DNA of 64,000 nucleotides, taken from NCBI GenBank assembly GCA_951406725.2, contig OX597831.1, positions 30,504,001 to 30,568,000 on the forward strand, given 5' to 3'. Each line of letters opens with the position of its first letter. The first letter of the stretch is position 1. The notes below the pieces were generated by a model. The model was given only the letters and a program-made list of their open reading frames with translations. It searched no databases and had not been told where the DNA came from. A program made the translations under genes and the position numbers. The DNA comes from Octopus vulgaris (taxonomy: Eukaryota). Of the stretch, positions 54,100-64,000 are shown one piece after another.

Positions 54100-54350
54100 A
54101 CAAACGAAAAATTGGTAGATGTACCACTCTCCGTATTCTTTGTAATTGTCTTGAATTTACACCCCCCCCCCACACACACTCATACACACACACGCATACA
54201 TGTATATATATGTATATATACATACACAGGCACATACACACATATATATATATACACATACATATATATATATGCATATATACATAGATTTATATATACA
54301 TGTATAGTTAGATAAATAGATTTGTATGTTCCTATGTCTATATGGTTATT

Positions 54351-54429
<79 letters not shown>

Positions 54430-54670
54430 CTGTCTATCTCTTCCAAACCCGTACACACGCACACTCTCATTTTCTTTGTATATCTCTGTATCGCACGTAG
54501 CCGTGTCTGTATCTGTTTTCCCCCTTGATAAGTGACATTCGCGTATGCCGAATGTGATGATGTCTCTGCGGAACCGCAATATGACAGACAACGTTGTGAT
54601 ATTTATATATAGATAGACATAAGTCAATATACGAAAGAACAAGAGAATAAGAAGAAATAAAGATACCGAA

Positions 54671-54710
<40 letters not shown>

Positions 54711-55084
54711 AGAAAGTGAGGGCGAGAGAGAAAGAGAAAGAAAGAAAGAAAGAGAGAGAGGGAGAGAGCGATCTAGCCTGGTAACCAATGATTCAAATGA
54801 AGATATTCTTACAAAACTAGTTGATGATAGCTGCATCGATTAATACCTACATATTTCCATAAATCGAAATATTGATTGAAATAAAGATTAATTGATTCTT
54901 ATATATCTGGATATATAGACATGAATATACGACTATTTGTGGATAAATAGCTCGATAGATAAAAACTTAAGATTGCTAGATACATCTATAGGCTAATACA
55001 GACAAACACACGCAGATGCACTCATACGGACACACGCACAATCATAAATGCATCTGTGTATATGTGTGTAGATATGCTTCTATA

Positions 55085-55090
55085 TTCATG

Positions 55091-55182
<92 letters not shown>

Positions 55183-55226
55183 TATTCATATATATATATA
55201 CATATACATATATATATACATATATA

Positions 55227-55268
<42 letters not shown>

Positions 55269-55313
55269 CATATATATATACATGTATATGTATATATCAT
55301 ATATATATTCATG

Positions 55314-55363
<50 letters not shown>

Positions 55364-55417
55364 TATATATACATATATATGTATATATATATATACATAT
55401 ATATATACATATACATA

Positions 55418-55459
<42 letters not shown>

Positions 55460-55486
55460 TACATGCATACACATACATATATATAG

Positions 55487-55539
<53 letters not shown>

Positions 55540-55560
55540 TGCATAAAAATACTTATATAT
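55085..55560. repeat. Long interrupted (TA)n microsatellite
   Basis: Directly visible. Confidence 0.95.
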
Positions 55561-55930
55561 GAATCTGTCTATGCATGTATGTCTGTGTGTGTGTGTGTTT
55601 GTGTATGTTGTGAGTGTGACATGCATATATATATGTAAAAAGAAAAAAAAAAAAACATCAGCAGAAGAAATGCGATTTTCCCATTTGTTTACTCTGAGTT
55701 TTGCGTTGGCGCATATAGAAAAAAATAAGTGTCAACAACGAACATACGTTTTATTTTAAATGAAATTATAAAATAATATTTTATAGGTATTCATTGCTCG
55801 TTCGTAACATTTTTATTAACATTTGTATTATTACCCCATCATGTCTGCAGCCCAATGACTGGAACAAGTAAATCATACAAGATAAAAGATACACTCACGC
55901 ATTCATTCATATAAATAAATAAATGCGCCA

Positions 55931-56172
55931 TTTTTAAAGCCTAGCCAGGCTCATGGGCCCGGTTTCCCGGTTTCAATGGTGTATGTGTTCCCCAGCTGGA
56001 CGGGACGCCAGTCTGTCGCAGCGTTAGTCAATTTCGCCAGCTGTGTGGACTGGAGCAACGCGAAACGAAGTGTTTTGCTCAAGAACACAACGCGTCGCCA
56101 TGTCCAGGAATCGAAACCATAATCTTCCGATCATGATGCTGACATCCTAACCACTAAGTTACGCGCCTCCAC
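55931..56172 (-). mobile_element. tRNA-derived SINE family A2 (family A-like head, different body)
   Basis: Minus strand: GTGGAGGCGCGTAACTTAGTGG ... GTTTCGATTCCTGG ... TGTGTTCTTGAGCAAAACAC; second copy at 57790-58034. Confidence 0.85.
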
Positions 56173-56392
56173 ACGCTCATACATATATGCACGTATATAT
56201 ACATATATATTTCTATTCTCTTTCTCACTTTATATATATATATATATAAAAGAAAGTGAGAAAGAGAATGTATATATGTATATATATATATATACCGGAG
56301 TAAACACATAAATGTGAAACAAGGTGGAAAAAAGAGTACTCAAATACCAGTGGTAGAGTAATATGCTTTATTTTAAGCAGCAGAAAATTCAA

Positions 56393-56442
56393 CAAAATCT
56401 GTTACTCTGAGTTTCTCGTTGCCGTTCATCAGACAGTTTTTG
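56393..56442 (-). ncRNA. Minimal type I hammerhead ribozyme motif (inverted copy)
   Basis: Exact reverse complement of 56684-56733. Confidence 0.75.
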
Positions 56443-56683
56443 CTAGAATGGAACTTATATATTAATTCAATCTATACTCTTACAAACGCTACACCTTTTT
56501 TCCTCGGATTTTATAATTTTTATAAGTTTTTTTATATATATATACATATATTTTTGACCTTTTTGTTTATCGCTCGAAGATTGACCGTTTTTTCTAAAGG
56601 GCCAATCAAACAAGTCCATTTCTTTTTAAAGGTGTAGCGTTTGTAAGAGTATAGATTGAATTAATCTATAAGTTCCATTCTAG

Positions 56684-56733
56684 CAAAAACTGTCTGATGA
56701 ACGGCAACGAGAAACTCAGAGTAACAGATTTTG
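56684..56733 (+). ncRNA. Minimal type I hammerhead ribozyme motif
   Basis: CAAAAACTGT-CTGATGA-ACG-GCAA-CGA-GAAA-CTCAGAG-TA-ACAGATTTTG: canonical core, stem I 9/10 bp, GNRA-capped stem II, palindromic stem III, GUA triplet (predicted cut after 56723). Confidence 0.78.
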
Positions 56734-56759
56734 TTGAATTTTCTGCTGCTTAAAATAAA

Positions 56760-56842
<83 letters not shown>

Positions 56843-57439
56843 GTAAGAGAGTATTTCATAGGTTTTTTACGGTGATACTAGACTGAAATATGTCATTTGT
56901 CACACCGTTGAATAGATAACATCCTTTTTGCTGACTGTTATGATCCATGCTATGCGCTGTACGCCATTTTCAAGACAGTGGACACATAAAAAAGAACTCA
57001 GCGTTTAAAGTGCACAACACAGTTGAACCTAATCAAAGGGGTAACATCGATAGCAACGCACGTTACAAGAAATATAACTATTTCTTTGATTGAGATGTAA
57101 AACAATGAACATGACTGGGTAGAGACACATCATGACGAAGATTGTACTTAGTTCATGGTTTTTTATGGCATTGTGTAGTTCTTCTTCTCTCTGTTTAAGA
57201 TACGACTCCAAACAAAATTTATCAAGACGAGGATTCAGTTTGCTATAACCGTTAGCCAAATATACCACATCCCTCAAATCATCACACCATCCTAAAAACT
57301 GGCATATTCCACATCGTCCAGGTTATATTATTCGAGCATAAAATACAAACTCTCAAAGTCAGCTCTAAGGTAGATATCACTACGAATATAACATTTTTTC
57401 TTTATTTCATTTTGTTTAATATTTCCACTGTTTCTCATC

Positions 57440-57780
57440 GTTTACTTGTTTCAGTTATTGGATTGCAGCCATGCTGGGACATCACCTTCAAGGATTGTTT
57501 TGCCGAACGAACCGGCTTCAGTGCTTTTTGCTTATTGTATTGTTCACTTATTGCAGAGTCGCTAGTTTAAGGAGACATAAAGAAACCGTTACCGGTTATC
57601 AAGCAGTGGTGACAGACAACCATAAATACAAAGTCACACACATGTACATATATATGTGTGTGTGTGTGTGTGCGTGTGTGTGTGTGTAGATAGATATATA
57701 TATATTAACATACATACATAAATACATACACATATATGTATGAGTGAATTCATGTATATAAACGACGTGCTTTTTCAGTT
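57440..57780 (-). mobile_element. SINE family B, degraded
   Basis: tttacttgtttcagttattggattgcagccatgctgg ... acgacgtgctttttcagtt. Confidence 0.65.
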
Positions 57781-57789
57781 AATAAATGT

Positions 57790-58034
57790 TCCTTCTCGAA
57801 GCCATACCAGGCTCATAAGGGCCGGTTTCCCGGTTTCAGTGGCGTAGAAATTCTCCACCTGGACGGGACGCCGGTCCGTCGCAGGATTACTCTTTTTTGC
57901 CAGCTGAGTGGACTTGGCCAACGCGAAATGAAGTGTCTTGCTCAAGAACACAACGCACCGCCCGGTCCAGGAATCGAAACCACAACCTTACGATCATGAG
58001 TTCAACACCCGAACCACTAAGCCACGCGCCTCCA
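57790..58034 (-). mobile_element. tRNA-derived SINE family A2
   Basis: ccaggctcat ... ccggtttcccggtttca ... ggacgggacgcc ... ccaggaatcgaaacca ... gccacgcgcctcca. Confidence 0.85.
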
Positions 58035-58331
58035 GTTTTTTTCAGTTACCGTCAATCAATTCCATTCAAAAGGCTTTTGTCTTCCTGGAGGGCGGCCATA
58101 CTAAAAGACACTTGCCAAACGTGCAACGCAGTGAGCCTCAACCCTTACTAACGATTCTACCAATCGACCATTTCAGCTCTCTTCATCCACAATATTTCGC
58201 ATAGTATTTGATAGAAAACAAAATGTGTTGAAATCATTGCCAATAAGCTAGATACGACTCTCTCTCTCCCCTTCTCTCTCCCATGTTCTCTTTCACTCTC
58301 TCGCACGCTCTCTGTCTCTGTCTGTCTGTCT

Positions 58332-58415
<84 letters not shown>

Positions 58416-58589
58416 CTTTCCCAGTTATGGTAATAAAAGTATTTGAAACGTTGATGTGGCCTTTGAAATGATCTCTAGCTTGAATGTTGTAACAAATATT
58501 TCATTCCTACATTTTCAGTTTTTCTTGCTTCTGAAAAGTATACTTGTAACACCGCCAAAATTCAGCTTACCCGGGACACTAGCAACCCG

Positions 58590-58647
<58 letters not shown>

Positions 58648-58727
58648 GCATGCGTGTATATATATATATATATATGTACACGTGCATACTAATCTTTGTT
58701 TATGCATTGTGTATGTACGTACGCACG

Positions 58728-58764
<37 letters not shown>

Positions 58765-58904
58765 ATATGTATAGATGTACGTGATTGTATATTTTGCAAT
58801 TATTGAAATGAGTGGCGTTGCACTGCACGAGGCAAACTGTATGATCTGTTTGCACAAGCGCAGACACATGCAGAGACACAGACAGACACACACACAGAAA
58901 CACA

Positions 58905-58956
<52 letters not shown>

Positions 58957-59107
58957 CTTATATATATATATATATATATAGATAAATAGATATATATATA
59001 TACTTATATATATATATATAGATAAATATATATATATATATAGTACTTCAGGTTAAATAATTACTGTAGGGCCCGCTCGAACGGACAGCCATGCTTAAGT
59101 GACAACG

Positions 59108-59157
<50 letters not shown>

Positions 59158-59234
59158 ATGTGTGTGTGTGCATTATATACATATGTGTCTGCGTATATAT
59201 CTTATATAGATATACACGTATGTATGTGTATATT

Positions 59235-59279
<45 letters not shown>

Positions 59280-60037
59280 GTATGTATGCATATGTATGTA
59301 CTTACGTATGTATGTATGTGTGTATGCGTGTATCTATGGTTGTATGTACGTGGTTGTCTTATGTTTGGCAATGTGTTGATATGAGTGGCGTCCCACAGCA
59401 CGTGGCAGACTGTATGGTCTCGAGTCTGACCACGCAGTGCACAGCCTCGTTCCGAAGTAGTAAGAAACGTTTGTTTGATAGCATTTGCCGAAACACACCA
59501 ATAGCATCGAACAGCACAGTCAACGTCGATCGATATTCACATTGGTATGATGCTGGAAGCAAACGTGGCTGAGGAGTTTGGAATAAGCAGAGGGGTAAGA
59601 TAGAGAAAGGAGCTAGAGTGGCTGGAGGCTATTTTGGAGGTGTTGTTGTTGTTGATGTTGTTGTCGCAGCTGTTGTTTTTGTTGTGATTGTTGTTGTTGT
59701 TGTTGTTAATGGTGTTGGTCGGGGTGGTGGTGGTGGTGGTGGTGGGTGCTATGTGGCTGAGGTGGCAGAAAATGTGGTAGTTTTTATTGATTTTATAAAG
59801 TGTACAGAAATGGCGTGTTTGTTTTTGGTAGCTGTTGTTTGTCTTTACATATAAAAATACTCTGTTATAGCAACTTAAATAAAAAAAAGATCTAAAAAAA
59901 AAACTATCACATCCAAACACAAATACATACATATACAAAAGTAACTCATTCGCAAGTACATACATATATGTCTACATTTGTGAGTATGCATAACCATTCA
60001 TACACACTTCCATGCATAAATACACGTACATACATAC

Positions 60038-60082
<45 letters not shown>

Positions 60083-60109
60083 GCGTGTATATACATACAC
60101 ATAGATAAT

Positions 60110-60175
<66 letters not shown>

Positions 60176-60286
60176 ATATACGTACACATATGTTTCTCCA
60201 TTTGCATATATACATATATATCCCTACAAACATATGTGAGTATGTATGTATATATATATATATATATATATACATACATACATACA

Positions 60287-60353
<67 letters not shown>

Positions 60354-61612
60354 TGTTATATTTCTACTGCTTTTAAATAAAATATGTATATATATATATA
60401 TGCTTATGTATATATATATATGCTTATGTATGCACATACACAGACACATGTTTGGAGAGAGACAGTGTGTGTGGGTGAGAAAGAGATTGAGGAAAGAGAG
60501 AAACATTCAGACAGAAAGCTAGACAGGAAAAGTATATGGCATTATATGGTTACATACGAATACACATGTGTGTGCGTGTGTGTTCGTGTATGTGCATGTG
60601 AGTTCGTGCGTACGTGTATGTGTGAGTGTATCTCCTAAATTGGTTTTTGTCATTACTGTTTGTTTAAAATATCGACCTGTCCAGGGGCAATTTTCGAAAA
60701 GGAGGAAAGAATAATAAAAGAATATTTGGTCTCCTAGCTGTCGTAAAATGCTCTACTACAATTACTCGCCGTTTAAATCTCAACATCTTGAAACAATTTC
60801 ATCTAATTACATCATCACTTGGGCGAGATAGAAGATAATTTTTCTAGATCTTGGTCTTTACAGAGCGTCAGAGACTAGATAAGGCATAAAGGGATGTCTC
60901 TTTAGATAAGAGAAGTAGACACAATGCTACATAAGGCGGGAACCCTCCAAGCGTTACTTAAAAGCTGAGATATAGTTAGTGGTCATCTTGGCAGTAGATC
61001 GCCCAACAAAATAACCAATCCACCAGACTAACGTCTGACTTTCTCTCACTAGATTTTGGGACAGCCTGTATCTATAGCAGAATACATGCAATGCGACCGA
61101 AAACGAACGTGCTAAACGTGAAGAAAGCCCTTTAACTACTGGGCTATGTATTTGTCTAAATTCTTTCATGTTGATGAGGAAAATCAATCAATTATAAAGA
61201 GAGATCGTTTCTTTACGAATTTATGCTAATGGATTCATTGTTTTTGACATGTTGGCAACATTGCCTACTGCTCGGAATATGACTGCCATATAAATATATA
61301 CATAAACGGAGATTCATAATGAGTTTTGATTCGTGAAACAGTAAATATCACCTTAACGTGTCATACTCGCTTCTTCCTTATGTCGGCATGCTTGTATGTA
61401 GTTAGCTTGCCATATACACAAACACACAAACACTTATATGCACACGTATATAAGCATACATTCACATACACACACATTCACACAGATTCAGACACACATA
61501 CACATGCACACACGTATTTGTGTACGTACCTATGTTTGTGTATATATAAATGCATACAAATATTTCTACACACACGTGTGTACATGCACACATATAGAGA
61601 CAAATCTACTCG

Positions 61613-61790
<178 letters not shown>

Positions 61791-62110
61791 AATACATACA
61801 TACATACATATACATCACAAGCTAACACACACTGTATGAATATATGTGTGAGCTGGAGAGTATATGTTTGTGTGTATTTATAGTTTTAAATTAGCAGCTG
61901 ATATTTCCCAAATTAAACAAAATAGCTTCACATTTCCGATTTTGTAAAACATATACATAAGACTAGGAATGATAAAGCCAGTTAGTTTTAATGTGTGAAC
62001 TCTCAGCTTTTATATAGAATGTATTAAATCTGCAACTTGCTTTGAATTCTTTTCATTTTGTAATTTGTAGACACTAATATTTACCTATGGACCCGCACGC
62101 ACACACATAC

Positions 62111-62142
<32 letters not shown>

Positions 62143-62263
62143 GTCTACACGCATACGTATCTGTTTTTCTATGTATGTTTGTTTGTATGAATGTATGTAT
62201 GTATCTATCTATCTAGCTTGATATCCATCTATCATCAATCTGTCTATTTGTACTTGTGTTCGT

Positions 62264-62301
<38 letters not shown>

Positions 62302-63057
62302 ATTTGTAATGTGTGTGTGTTTGTATGTATATATGTTTGTTTGTAGGTAGAAACAAGCAGAGAGACAAACAGAAAGATAGATAGATAAAGAGATTCAGAA
62401 AGAAAGAGATAGAAAAAGATGGAGAGAGAGAGAAAATAGATTGGCTTACTCTTATATTACTTAAAGTTCCGTGCTTCATCGACAGATGTGTGGAGCCAGG
62501 GTAAACAGAACTTTAAAAAAAATAAAATGGTTTCTTGTTGAGAATACTTAGATCACATTTGATCAGTCCATGTCGCGTGGATGCTTTCGCTAACCAGCGA
62601 CAACGGCTTTTCCGCCCTCAAAATGACGGCAGCACTGATGGAAGTAGCGAAAAACTGTTGTCGCTGCTTGGCTTAAAGCTCATATGCTATCTAACGTGTA
62701 CAATGGACGCTTATGCTTCCTCACATACAAGTCTTTTAAGAATATATCTTAAATTCTCACCGACCTGAATCTGAATATTTGATTGTATGGAAGCGTTAGG
62801 CGACCTCGAAACTTTAAGATATGTCGGACTGAGTTAGATTACAATTCAAAACAAATGTATTGTGTGCTACTTTCTTTTGTTCGACTACTCCCCGTAGGCA
62901 GAACAAAATACATACTAGACTTTAAAATAATAAGTACTTACGTCGATTTGATCCACTAAACTCTTTTAGACGGTGTCCAGCGACGTCCGAGTAATTGAAT
63001 AAAATACAAAATAGCTCTATATTTTTACATTTAAAGCATACTTCTTTTTTTTTTTTA

Positions 63058-63440
63058 GCTGGTTACCAGCCACATGGTTCTGGGATCATTTCCCACTGCG
63101 TGGCACCTTGGGCAAGTGTCTTCTACTATAGCCTCGGGCCGACCAAAGCCTATGTGAGTGGATTTGGTAGACGGAAACTGAAAGAAGCCCGTCGTATATA
63201 TATGTATATATATATGTATGCTTGTGTATATGTTTGTATGTGCTTGTTTGTCCCCCCCCCCACATCGCTTGACAACCGATGGTGGTGTGTTTACGCATCC
63301 GTAACTTAGCGGTTCGGCAAAACAGACCGATAGAATAAGTACTAGTCTTCCAAAGATTAAGTCTTGGGGTTGATTTGCTCGACTGAAGGCGGTGCTCCAG
63401 CATGGCCACAATCAAATGACTGAAACAAGTAAAAGAGTAA
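63058..63440 (+). mobile_element. SINE family B, near full length
   Basis: ccacatggttctggg ... caccttgggcaagtgtcttctactatagcctcggg ... aaatgactgaaacaagtaaaagag. Confidence 0.9.
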
Positions 63441-63762
63441 TCTAATAACATGCGAAAAGAGACGATGTCGAAAGATTAAACAGTAAATGCTTGAAGATGC
63501 GAAACATTTGACCTTGAAAGACGATCTGTAAGCGATTCATCATTAATAGCAGACGAATTTTCATTAAATCATGTTCTTTTGTTGTGAAGAAGGGAAATGA
63601 CATATTGAATGATATATTTCTTGTTTCCCCTTAAAGGTGGGATAAGAGATTGATCATGGCTGAAAGCATTCTCCAATTTTTATTTATGAGTATTTGCAGA
63701 CTTCACAAGTTATGCAAAGTGGTAGTGTTTATTCTGTGACAAAGAATGCTTGCACACCGAAA

Positions 63763-63765
<3 letters not shown>

Positions 63766-63828
<63 letters not shown>

Positions 63829-63839
63829 TAATAATAATG

Positions 63840-63907
<68 letters not shown>

Positions 63908-63910
63908 AAC

Positions 63911-63955
<45 letters not shown>
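63766..63955. repeat. (AAT)n microsatellite, followed by a minus-strand SINE family C 3' end at the window edge
   Basis: Directly visible; tttctactataggcacaaggcctgaaatttt follows. Confidence 0.92.
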
Positions 63956-64000
63956 TTCTACTATAGGCACAAGGCCTGAAATTTTGGGGGAGGGGTTGAG

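Larger units (their letters stand above)
56295..56760. mobile_element. PLE remnant with inverted pLTR-like arms, inserted in (TA)n
   Basis: 133-bp arms 56366-56498 / 56628-56760 with one mismatch; each arm has an HHR motif; ~70-bp unpaired extension on the left arm; (TA)n on both sides. Confidence 0.85.

Noticed and set aside
59340-59560. Minus-strand frame with AVRCYWCVS...GC (Ly6/three-finger-like), and an acceptor-like ttccag upstream
   Set aside because: An in-frame TGA lies between the acceptor and the motif, later cysteine spacing does not fit, there is no good donor, and the frame left open by the acceptor has no recognisable domain.

Overview
AT-rich, non-coding animal DNA packed with microsatellites ((TA)n, (CA)n, (TATC)n, (AAT)n, (GAT)n) and dispersed repeats. 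The SINE/microsatellite landscape looks like a coleoid cephalopod, most likely Octopus (inferred, not verified). I found no credible host exon; nearly all listed ORFs are microsatellite or SINE translations. Recognisable parts: many copies of three or four tRNA-derived SINE families; three 5'-truncated R4/Dong-type RLE retrotransposon fragments, two of them bounded by trinucleotide tracts; a decayed ZMYM1-like hAT transposase; a 185-bp hAT MITE with a perfect 8-bp TSD; a possible decayed APE-LINE; a 272-bp tandem duplication; and several Penelope-like (PLE) remnants with minimal type I hammerhead (HHR) motifs, often in inverted arrangement at (TA)n. The most unusual signal is a gap-free 136-bp hairpin at 53818-54099 with a + strand G-U excess and all five A-C mismatches having the A in the 5' arm. 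Other + strand stem-loop islands lie near 19.5, 34.8, 38.4, 40.1, 40.9, 59.4 and 62.6 kb. Together these suggest the window may lie in a + strand transcript or intron carrying dsRNA (ADAR/Dicer) substrates; that reading is inference. All alignments and counts were done by eye.
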